A stretch of DNA of 64,000 nucleotides from the NCBI GenBank assembly GCA_973895155.1, contig OZ316894.1, forward strand, positions 26,707,240 through 26,771,239. Direction: 5' to 3'. Source of the DNA: Marsupella aquatica. Taxonomy: Eukaryota > Plantae > Marchantiophyta. The notes below the pieces were generated by a model, which was given only the letters and a program-made list of their open reading frames with translations, did not search any database and was not told the origin of the DNA. Positions 22,651 through 34,097 of the stretch are shown one piece after another (position 1 is the first letter of the stretch; every line of letters starts with the position of its first letter). The translations under genes and the position numbers were made by a program.

Positions 22651-24789
22651 ATTTTTGTACAATATTCAAGAAACTTACATACGTCACTACTCGACTTAAT
22701 CACAATTGAAATCTGAATCAGAGCTGTGATACAATCTATGTACTATATAACTGCAAATAAATTAGAATTATGTTTTCTGTCTGTATGACGTGTAGTATAT
22801 ATTTCTTATCTTTTACATGTGAGATTGTCATCAATGTTTGTATCGCAGTTCAGAATATTACATTAGTGGTAAAATTTGTGGAAAATGAAAAGCATATGTT
22901 GACAACTATGGACAAGCATATGTTGACAACTATGGCTTACATGTATAGCACGATCCTCCCCTGAACATTTCCTGTGCCCGCTCCACTGTGAAAGAGGAAG
23001 AGTTATACTCCAGAATGGCAACAACTCAAATACTGTCAACTCTAAACAAATTAAATTTTGCTTCCCTAATCCCTAAACCCTTCACAGAGCACTAAAAATT
23101 ATGAAGATGAAGTACGAGATTTGAGAATACCCTGCAGTTCATTCAATTCAAACCCCTACTTTATTTGTTGGGTCACCTCACATCTTTGTGCAAATCTTTA
23201 ATACAATACTTGATTAATTCTCACAAGGAGAAGAGTCCGAATATACATCAGAGTAGGGGAGGGCGGGAGGCAATGATCCCCTTGAATCATGGGAAGATAA
23301 GAACCAGGTCAGCCCTGCTAACATTGGAGAGAGTGCTCGTCTATGCTTGTCTGCTACATTAAGATTAGACAGTTGGCCCTGCTGTTTGCCACCAAATAAA
23401 AACTAGCCTCAATCGAGGCCCTGATGCCATGCCAACATACATGGTGTGTTTGTCAAGGAGTAATAACTAAGTAGCTATTATAAGTTGGTCATGAAATAAT
23501 AATTATCCTAATGCCAAGAATTCTAATTATCACTCCAACCCTCCATCTACGGTCAATGATTCTTGAAATGTGTCAAAGAAACGTTATTAATTAATCCTGA
23601 TCTAAAGGGCCTCTTGGGTTGGGCAGGCAGCAGGCGTCAACCGCCCGCCCCCCTCCCCACTTTTCACGGAAACAACAGTATCATCATTCACAAGAGATCC
23701 TGCTGGACAGATTGTGACTGCAATTTTGCTAAAGATAAAGTTGCTAGGTAGAATTGATGAGGCTAGTAGAGTATATTGTTCATGAGTTATGCTCTCAATA
23801 GTTTTATCAAAGACAAGTGACTAAACTGTCAAAAGAAATATTTTAAAGATTAATAGAGTACAAGTTTGGCTTTGAAGTAAAACTCAGATAATTGAGATTT
23901 GTTCTTTGTTTCTGTCTCGATTGATATAACACTTTTTGATTATTTTCAAATTCTTTGGGGAGGGCATGCAATCTACATGAGCTGCATACAAGAGTTAATC
24001 CAATGTTTTTTACAGTTTGGCAGATAGAGACAGAATTAATCTTAGTAGAGAGAATGTTTTTTAAAATCTTGGCTGATAGAGACACAATTAATCTTAGTAG
24101 AGAGCAAGAAGCATGTATTGAGCAAACTCAGGCATATTGCTTCTTAGAAGAAGAACATTGCTATAGCTCATGCTAAGTTCACTTGGCTTTATGAGAGTTG
24201 CCATGGCTGACCAAGATGTTAGAACAACCTCCATAGTGGAAGCCTTGATCAAAATCAACAGGCTGTAGGCTCAGGCGAGGGCTCAGGTGGGGTCCCTCAC
24301 AACACAGGACTCGGCTTTCCAAGAGAGTGTCAAACAAGCCACCAACACACCAAAGAAAACATGGAAAGCTTAGCCAAGTTCACACATGGCGAGTTCAGTG
24401 AAAGGCCAGGTAGAGGTAGAAAAAGCTCAGTGTCATCAACCAGACTTCACCTCTAACGAGTACTATGGAAGAAGGAAGCCGATGCTAGGCCCCATTTCCT
24501 TCTATAAATCACAAGATTCACATTAAATATTGTCATGTTGTGCCTGGTCCATCAGTCGATGGCTGGCCTTTGATGCCCAAAAACTTAAATTAAATATCTA
24601 GAAAATCAAGTCTTGGGCATCCTGCAGTCTATGGGCTATTGGTAGAGCAAGAGAGTGCGGTGACTCAGGTATTCGGTTTAAAACTTACCACAACACTTTT
24701 AACCCTAAAAGTGGGGTTCAGACACCTCTAATGGCACTCAAAACTTTTTTTCATTACACCAAGGGAAGCAATTCTAGCAGTTTACACTC

Positions 24790-25020
24790 AATAATCACTA
24801 AACTTCAAAAGAGCTTTCCAGTATGGGAAGTGACTGTAGCAGTTTAAACTCAATAATCATTAAAATTCAAAAGAGCTACAGAGCACTATTAAATGCTTAA
24901 CAGGTTACTCATTCAAGTGGTTATGAGTCCCTCCAATAATCACTAAAATTCAAAAGAGCTACAGAGCACTATTAAATGCTTAACAGGTTACTCATCCAAG
25001 TAAGTTATGAGTCCCTCCAA
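24790..25020. repeat. Tandem duplication, about 84-bp unit x2 plus a partial copy
   Basis: caataatca.taaaattcaaaagagctacagagcactattaaatgcttaacaggttactcat.caagt..ttatgagtccctccaa starts at about 24851 and 24935. Confidence 0.85.
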
Positions 25021-26124
25021 GTTCTGATTGCATACCCTTGTCACATACTTTGGGAATAGAACTCTCCCACTTGTCTTTAATCAGGAGTTTTGTTTTAACT
25101 TCATTGATCTTTTGAGGCAATTATTATTTTTCAAGGTGAGAATATTTTTCTTTCTTAATTTCTTGAGGTGAAGGAATACGAAGGACATTTCGTACTCAAA
25201 TTGGTTCTAGGCTGGCACAAAGGAAGTGTTTTAATCCAAGGGAAAAAATGACAAAAGATGGGATTTCTTTAGATCATTTACTTAATTTATTTCATTTGGG
25301 GCATTAAAGTATGTATTGCTTTTTGGGGTGAAGGTGTATTTTGAGTTATTTCTTTCAATAAGGCTTGGGCAAAGGATAAAAAATTAATTTGTTTTTCCAA
25401 GGTTATATATTTTTCTGAGGTGAGAATGAGGTTTTTTTATTAAGTGGGGGAATGAAGAAGATCTTTGATTTAGGATAGGTATGGCAATAATTTTGGATAA
25501 TTTTTTTTTTTGAAGTGAGACGGAAGATTTTTTCCTTTTTTGGGTGACGTGGGGGAATGGGAGGAAGACATTTGGTTTGTTTTCCTTTTTTGTGCAATCC
25601 TTGCAATTTCATACTTAGAATTATTTTTCATCTCAGGTGTATTCCTTCTTTTATAGTATGTGATTTTGCCCTCCCCTCTCCCATTTTCTTTCATTTGTCT
25701 CAAATCAATCCTCTCCCTCTCTTGTTGTCTCTCTCCCCTCTTACACTGGGCATTTCCCTTCCCTTCATCTCAACCCTTCTTGTCCTTTTCAGAAGTCAAA
25801 TTTGAGATTGTTTATCAAACACATTTTGTGAAAGGCACATCATGATGAGAGCAAAGGATAACAAAAAGTGAGGAGGAAGGATTCCTCTACACCTAAGCAC
25901 CTAAAATTACAAAGATAAAAATCCCCTAAGGAAATTTCACCACATATGCCCCTATAAATAGGCCCCCTTCACTAGTCATTTCTGTCCAGGACGTGGCCAA
26001 AAAAGGTGGACCTCTTCTTAAAAGATGGATGTACCTCACCGCTAACACTAAATTCCTCCTTGAAAAATGTATGTGACACACGGCTCTCTTGCCCATCCCT
26101 TCTCCCTTGAACTATTATGTGACA

Positions 26125-27196
26125 CAAGCCCCATGCCCGTGCGTTGCACGAAAGACTTCGAGTGAGGCAAGATTTTGAGGCGAGGGCAAGATGTTGGGGT
26201 GAGGGCAAGATGTCGAGGCGAGGGCAAGATTTGAAGGTGAGGGAAAGGTGTTGAGGCGAGGGCAAGATTTTGGGGGTGAGGGCAAGATGTCGAGGTGAGA
26301 GCAAGATTTCAAGGTGAGGGAAAGATGTTGAGGCGAGGGCAAGATTTTGGGGGTGAGGGCAAGATGTCGAGGTGAGAGCAAGATTTCAAGGTGAGGGAAA
26401 GATAAGGAGGACTGGTGAGGAAAAGATGTTGAGGAGAGAAAAGGTTGAGGGTGACGGTGACGGAAAGATATTGTAGTGAGATAAAGATGTCAAGGTGAGC
26501 AAAAGGTAAGATGTTGAGTCAACGAAAAGATGTCAAGCAAGGTAAGAAAAGATATCAAGGAGAGAAAAATGTCGAAGGTGAGAGAAAATTTGATGGTGAG
26601 ATAAAGATGTGACTGTGAGAAAAAATGGCGAGATGAGAGAAAGATGTCAAGGTAAGGTAAAGTTATTGTGGTGGTGTTTTATAACCTATGCGTTGCACAG
26701 AAATTGGGGTCCATGCAAGATAACTAAAAATTAACTAACTTCCAAAAAGTTAAATCTCCTTTTTAAGAGCAAAAGCCAAAATAATTTAATGTCAACCTAC
26801 TCTCTTCCCCTTAGTGCTCACTCCCTAGCAAAACCATTATCTCAAGTAAATCTTTTCACTTTCATACCCCATGCCAATGTACTCTAAATTAATAGACCAT
26901 AAAGTAATATACTTACACTTTAATGCTCCATGCCAAAAAGTATTATACGCAAGCTACAAAATAACTACAGTAACAGATGCAAGTACTCTATGACTTACAT
27001 ACCTACCTTGTACTATAACTTACATACCTACCTTGTACTATAACTTACAGCCAATTTTAGGTTCCCATCTCACTCAATCCAAGAGCCTTAAATAATTCTA
27101 GAAAAGATCTGATGGCTTAGCATTGTTCCCTCCTTTTTCATTTTCGTAACGGGACGAAGGACTAAAACTGGCGGGATTCGTTATTATAGTAGTAGA
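26125..27196 (-). mobile_element. Non-autonomous Helitron
   Basis: 5' end A|TCTACTACTATAATAACG at 27196. 3' end has the hairpin CGTGCAACGCACGGG followed by CATGGGG-CTTG|T (CTAG with one mismatch) at 26128-26125. Insertion between A and T, no TSD, no coding capacity. Confidence 0.75.
26160..26660. repeat. Minisatellite inside the Helitron: about 19-bp monomer (GAGGGCAAGATGT(T/C)GAGG(T/C)-like) with a 77-bp higher-order unit, decaying toward 26660
   Basis: About 13 well-conserved monomers at 26160-26405. The two shadow ORFs starting at 26381 and 26304 begin with identical peptides, giving a 77-bp period. Confidence 0.9.
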
Positions 27197-27833
27197 TTTT
27201 ACTCAAGAAGTTAGGTCTTGCATGCACCTTCAATAGACACTCTTTCAGTAAGTATGTAAAGTGAATATTTTAGTAATGTGGTGCATGAAATAATTGAAGG
27301 TCAATGACGCGTCCTTCTATGGCCTTGAATGTTCATGAGAAGTGTGCATCAAATCCGTTGTCACTCTATGAAGTCATGCTAATGTGATGCACACACAAAT
27401 TGCCATAAATTAAAACTTGAAACTCCTGACCAGTGCTCTTCAACACTTTATAATAAGACCAAGTGAATGCCATGCATGAGCACACAACTTGTTATAAAAT
27501 GAAAACTTGAAACACCTGCCACTGCACCTCCGGGTGCACCTCATAAACATCCATTGCTTACCCATGTGCACCAAGCCCACCACCGGCTTAGCACTAAAGT
27601 AGTGCATTGACAAAATAATAAGTCTTCCACGACTCTATAGGGGTTTGATATGGGGACCTCTTGCCCCCAAACAAACTACAAAACAGTATAGCCAGACCGG
27701 CTTGAAACAACAGGCCAGACTCAATGGTATTTTACCAATACTCAATTGTGTCATTGTCCTCCCTCTCCCTATGCACAACAATTGCGCACAGCCCACCTCT
27801 ACCTTTGCAATAGTGACTTGGCCATCCACAACT

Positions 27834-28120
27834 CTTGGGGGGGTTAACTTAGTGTATATTTTGGGGTACCACGTGCAATCCTAGCCTAATATAACATACC
27901 TATTTATAACAGAAATATTCCAAAAATATTCTATATTTTTTATATTAATGATCTATTTTACTTCATAAAAGGTATATATTAGATAATCTTCTATAAATGT
28001 AGGTTTATAATACCTTCATTTGCTTCCTATGCTTTCAAAAAAATTTAGCTAATTTATATGAAAAATACATATTTTGGATCGCACGTGGTTCCTAAGATTT
28101 TTGATAGTCAACCCCCCGAG
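27834..28120. mobile_element. MITE (287 bp) with imperfect TIRs of about 45 bp and an 8-bp TSD
   Basis: TSD CCACAACT at 27826-27833 and 28121-28128. Left end CTTGGGGGGGTTAACT...ACCACGTGCAATCC matches the reverse complement of the right end CTCGGGGGGTTGACT...ACCACGTGCGATCC. The interior is AT-rich. Confidence 0.9.
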
Positions 28121-30849
28121 CCACAACTGTGTTGATGAGGCTTTAAAAGACCACCTATCCTTGCTTGAACTTTGGTGCTATGAGTGAAGTTCGGCACTGT
28201 TGAGGGTGGATCACACAACCTCATCCTTCTTACAGGATGACATAGCAGAAGAGCCAACCCTGCTATTCAAATTTAAAGGTGACCCTGTGCTATTTGTTGT
28301 CTACATTTGACATAGGCCACCTCCTATGAGCTACACTGATGCGTCCTCGTGCTCCAGGCCTGGTACACATCCGCCCCCAAGCATTGCACCTGTAAAGCTC
28401 CTGTATTACAATTCTTGTGGACATTGCAATCTGTGAAGAGTGAACTCTGCATTGCAAATCGAGCACGGGTTTGCCTATATGTTTGACACATCCGATAGTG
28501 TGGATGTTTGCGTTTATAGGTCCAATTTGCTGCATCAGAGTCCCTGCAAACTTACTCTGCATAACCTACAATAGGGAACCAAAAAAAAGGGACACAAAGT
28601 GCCCTGTGCGGAGTCCACGTTGCAGTTGTTAAGAGCTAACCATTTATTATTTAGTCCTGCAAAATCTGGGCTTTTACCCCCGCTTTTACCCTTGTTTTTT
28701 TCTCAGGCCAGGTTTTGAGGACGCACACATGTGATCTTAAATACAATTGTAAGAAGGATTTGTTTTTCTTCCCATCACTTCTTTCGGGTCCATTACTACC
28801 AGTTGGCTCTTACTGTAGATGCGGCCCCCCCCCCCAGGTCCACATGTTTTCTGCGTGATCAGTTGGGGCCTCGCCCCTTCTACTCAGCATGGGCTTTTGT
28901 TGCCTGGTTCTTACGAATTGGAACTTACTTCAAAGTCTCAATCTTTTCAAAATCCCACGGCATCGTGAGCATTGCCACAAAGAGTACACCTAAGATGAAC
29001 AGTTGGCAGACCTTAGCTTGTAGACAAACGGAGCACCACGGCTGGCAATGAGGCATAGGGAAGGATTTGGCCAGGGACACCGACTGGTCCAAACACAAGT
29101 CACTTACTAGGTTGCAAGCACACACTTCAAATTTTTTGGCAAATGAGGGAGGACAAAGAGGAGTTGCGGTGAATGTCATTGGTGTGGCCGTGAGGAAATT
29201 GCTGTTGACAACCTTGATAGAGGATGAACTCTCGCTGCCTGAGCTTCAGCTCACACACTCCACAGGCTCAAGGTCCTCTTTGTCTATTTGACGTTTTATA
29301 CTAAGTGTTCTGAAGTCTGATGACAACATACTTTAGATCTTTGTTTTATGGTCATGTCTGGAGCAAATAAGTTATGACTGCCCGATGATTTTGTTGTTCT
29401 CACCTGCCACCCCTATTGTTGAACCCACTTCCAAAGTGATTCTTATGGAGTTACTGCTGTGTGTGGGATTGCCATTTGTCCTGATGAAAAGAGATTGTAT
29501 CACAGCCCGACCATTTCCTTGTTTTCATCTTTAATCTCTTCAATTCCAAAAACCTGTTGCTGCCAGATCAATACTCCGTGGAGTTAATGTGTTTGGTTTT
29601 GCACTGTATATTCCGATGCAAAGAAGTCTGTGGATGCCCTGACCAGCCATGGACCTGTTGAACTTCCCCACTTTCTTCTACGCAGGTCTTTTGCCCTTTC
29701 GGTGTTCTGTGGGAACTACCGTACAAAGGAGGAACGACATTCCGTCGGTGGGTACTGTTGCTGCCGGGCAGGAATGGAAATTATATGCATGCAAAGGGCG
29801 TAGTGAATCTGTTGTTTTTGGGTTGACTCGCTCGCTCTCTTGCTTGTGGACTTCACTACTACCCACTTTTGTGGCGTCCTACCGCGAAGCAGATCTTACA
29901 TGTACGTATATACAGAAGGCAAGCGTCAGGGAGTGAAGCGCCTCTCTCACCGGCATCGGCAATTCTGCATGCCTAATAACTGGAATCGCTAATCTAGCTA
30001 CTGCAACGTTTTATGCACTAGGGTCTACTGAACTTTCGAGACATTCTGAAAAACTGGCCACATCAAAGTTCATACCAGAATTGACTGAAAGCACTGTGAG
30101 TTTGATTCTTTCCACATCAATGGCGATTTGATAACCTTATTTCATGTTGAGCACATAATGTATAAACAATCGACAACATATCTTTGTGACGTTATCTAGA
30201 CCTGCTGACCATGATGTAATTGATTGTTCCAAAGAGCTATCGTGGATGTAGGCTGCTCTTGAGTCTCCCTAAACTGTCTCCCTAAATTAAGTTATGGTGC
30301 TGTGATTGACTCTGCGGTGATTGTGACTGCAGACGAATGCGACGGCTGTTGTATGTGTTCTATTTGAATTTCAAAGTCAGGGCAGGAACATTTATGTGCT
30401 TTATTCGAGGTTCAGAAATCAGGCTCGAACATTTGTGGACTTTGCCATGCTGTATGTAATTTATTCGTGGCACAAAAGTGCTCCAAGCAATATTGATCTA
30501 TTCCTAGGACCTGGCCGAGCTGCCCATCTCTTATGATTGGTTGAGATCAATTAATTTGACTACACGTGAAAAGGTTTGGACAAGTAGAGATAGAAGAGTT
30601 TAAATCAATTTATACATTTTATACATTTTACTGGATAAGATAATTGAACACAGAGAAATCTTTGTTGCCAGCTAGACTGTCCAATTGTGTCCACACTGAA
30701 AAGCTTGGAAGTCATCATTGAAGCTACACAGTCAGACAGATTGATTAAAGGGGGAGACAGACATATTTTGTACCACATGTTAGGAAGAGCGCAGCTGGTC
30801 ATCAAAGAGAGAGGCTGGGGACGAGAGTTAAATTTAGGGAGAAAACCTG

Positions 30850-32000
30850 GTAAAGGCCCGGGCAGACTGAGGCTAGCATCACAAGATTAGATGCACAGTA
30901 ATCTTTACAGATTGGATGCACAGATTGTTCATTAAAGACACTAATAGGAATTGGGTGTTTGCTTGTTTTCAGTCAAGCAAGAGCCTATGACCATGAAGAT
31001 TCTTGAATGCGGCTGAGCTACAGGGATGGGAAGAAGGTTTGGAGCACTAGCACCACTCTTACTGCAAATTCCAAGAGTGTAAATGCCATTTCTAGTGCCC
31101 CATGGAGATTGTCATTTCCAGTGCCCCGTGGAGACCACTCTTTGCAATCAATGAGTCTTGTCAAGGCAACGAGCTGGTAGTCCTTGGTGGTATGGTCCAA
31201 CATGTTCTCCTTATCAGTAATTTGGATTATGCACATTCCAAGTTTTACATCGTTCGGATGGCCCAACACAAACGCATTGATCAGCTCCACATTCCTCCTC
31301 CTCCTAATCTAGTTATTGTGTGGACACTATCAATCACCTTCTTGAACTCACTAATTTTATGAGTGATCTGGTTGGCCAGAAACAACAAGTCTTCCTGAAC
31401 TACCTTAAGTTTATAGTGCTCCTCTAGTTTTTGGTGCTTACTCTTCAACTTGCCCCTTGGTCTCCTGCATTTTCCAGACACATTGTCGTCTCTTATTTTG
31501 CGAGTTTTTAACAAGTGCAGTTCTAGCAAGTGCACAAGCAATAGTTGTTAGTGTCGTCTCTTCTTTTCATTGACAAGTAAAAATATATAGATATGCAAGA
31601 GTGGCAGCAATTTAACTTACTAACTCAAAAAAATTGTTGACAATTGAGTTTACAGTTCGGGTTGCAATCTAACAGAACTCTAGCCCAGCTCACAGCCCAC
31701 CCAGGACGTCTAGCCCAGGCAAAACTAGCTGGCAAAGTTCTCCTACTTGGCACGAGCGGGGGGCACCTCCACCGAAGGTCCCACCCCATTCCCACCACCA
31801 CATCTGAATCCTCCACGTCCGCCAGATCCCCCTCTGAACTCAGGTTGGTACTCTTCAGGGGCGCCTCCTTTCTCACCACCAGTGAATCCATCTCCTGGGG
31901 CTCCACAGCATTTTTCCCTGTCACTAAAACGAGGTCTATCTCCTACCTCTCCAATTTTGTGCTGGAAAAATCACAGAGGAAGCTTCCTACCCTACACCTG
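30850..32000 (-). mobile_element. Possible degraded LINE relic (ORF1 end / APE endonuclease start)
   Basis: NVSGKCRRPRGKLKSK...QEDLLFLANQ...GGGG resembles the NVxG...DILFLQE...GG start of L1 endonucleases. Heavily decayed. Confidence 0.4.
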
Positions 32001-34097
32001 CCAGGAAACTGCTGGAAATAAGTTCAAAACAGGAAAAATATAGGCCAAATTATGCACAATATCTTTTACAAACCAAGAAAAGATGAAGTAATGGTGATAA
32101 ATGAAAGGCTTACACCCACATGGGCTCCCAGTTATGGACTCTCCTCCATCCCTAAGATACTCTAATTCATTTTTAAACCAAAAGAAAGACACAAAGAAAG
32201 AGGCAAAAAAGTGCACAAATGATTCCCTCCTTCAATGTCTTGTATTTCATCCCTGGAAAGCCCCTGCCATAGGCAACTCTTCACCTTCACCTAGCATACC
32301 TTGAACCTGGCCTCGTACCTTGTACCTTCTTGGGCAGGCCACTTGCCAAACAGGAGGACCTTGCCCACCCTGGAACCCTATTTTTTTAATTTAAAACATT
32401 CTTACTCCCCCTCCCCCTCCCTCTTCCTTACGCTTTGAAGTAAGAAAGGGCACAAAGAAGAGTAGAAAGAGGGTAAAAGATGCATCAAAGGAATAGAGGA
32501 TCACAAAGACTTAAAAAGCATAAATGACACTAAGGGTAGCATATGGGCCAAAGGTAACATAAAGTTTTTTTTTATTTTTGTTTTGTTAACACAACAACCA
32601 TGGGAGGTGGGAGGTTGGGTCTTGGCCCCTCACACAAAAAACCAAATTTTCTCGAGTCATTGGATTTCAATAGCGCTTCAGCACTCAAATGATTGTTGCC
32701 GACTAGCAACTCAACACCACGAACAACAGAAGTCCACCAAAGATCGACTCCAACGGATGAACAACAAACAAATCATCAAATTTCCATCAAGCTGCTCTGC
32801 TGGCCGCATAGTCTAACAAACTCAAAACCCACTCTCATTCTTCCAAGTAATGTTGTGCAACCGGAATCCGGTCACAATGTACTATAAGTCAAGCTAAACC
32901 CACCCGCTAGCCATGTGGGACTCAAAGTCTATACAATAGCAAAACCTTGTCTAATATGGTAACATGCCAACCGACATTGCTTCACTCTCAAACCATAGCT
33001 GTACTCACACAACAAAACTCTACTAGTGCCGGAAGACTCAACTTGGAAGAATGAGACCCAAAGTATAACCCCCTTCCTTGGCACAACAAGTGGTGACCTG
33101 GGTGAACGGGTCACCCTTACCAAGTGCCCTGTTATAACAATTGTGGACTCTGTACACATCTAGGACGTTGGTGTATACAACTAGGAAGATTAGTTTGATG
33201 CTTCTTCCATTCCTGGAAACAGAACTAGATGTTTTGGCTTTGGCAGAACGAGTGTGTAGTCAAATCTTTCGCCAGTTATCTCTGGTTATGCTTTTGCACA
33301 GCAAGTGTGCCATCAAACCGTTCACCGGTCATCGCTGTTTATTCTTGGAGGGTGGGTCCATCTGCAGATCGCTAGATCCCCAACTCTGAGGCTTCCGAGG
33401 TTACCACGTTATCATTGCGTTTCTGTTGTTCCTACCGACCAGATAAGAGCTACACCAACCAAGAGAGCAAGTGTGCCCTCAAATCGTTCGCCGTACATTC
33501 CAGGGTGGGTCCATGGCGGCGAGACCGTAAGCCCTAAACTCTGAGGCTTCAGAAGTTACCACAGCGTTTCTGTGGCTCCATACGGACTCTTGAACAGCTC
33601 CACGAACCACATCCTCAAGTTCATCACATAGCCACTCAGCGATATGGTAGGGGAGAAGGAGCCGACAACATTAGGCCAGACAGAGACTGACTTCTCGGCC
33701 AGTGTCTACCGAGTTGACATACGTTTAAAGTTCCTAAAGCTAGATCTTTTCACCCGTGTTCAACTTGTGAGAAATCAATGCTATTCCCGAGAAAAGCAAT
33801 CATGACATACATTCGTACCGGATCCCAAGTAACGGACAACATCTTCGATGAGTGATGCTCAAGATTTGGGTAATAATGTATTACATTTACTGCAAATAGT
33901 GCGACGGTCAAGGCTTCATATATGCTACTTAGTCCGAGATGTATAATTACCAATATTTGGGATCCTGCTTACAGAGCCCTTGCAGTCAATTGCGACTGAT
34001 AAATGGTGTCTACTGCTGCTCAATGAACAATGTACAATACCGATGCGTCTGTACTCCTACAAATGAATCCTATCAGTTGTCATGAAAAATTCGTAAT

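Noticed and set aside
26160-26405. Regularly spaced short repeats resembling a CRISPR array, and Pro/Leu-rich ORFs 25972..26381
   Set aside because: Units are head-to-tail without unique spacers, there are no cas genes and the context is eukaryotic. The ORFs are translation artefacts of the minisatellite.
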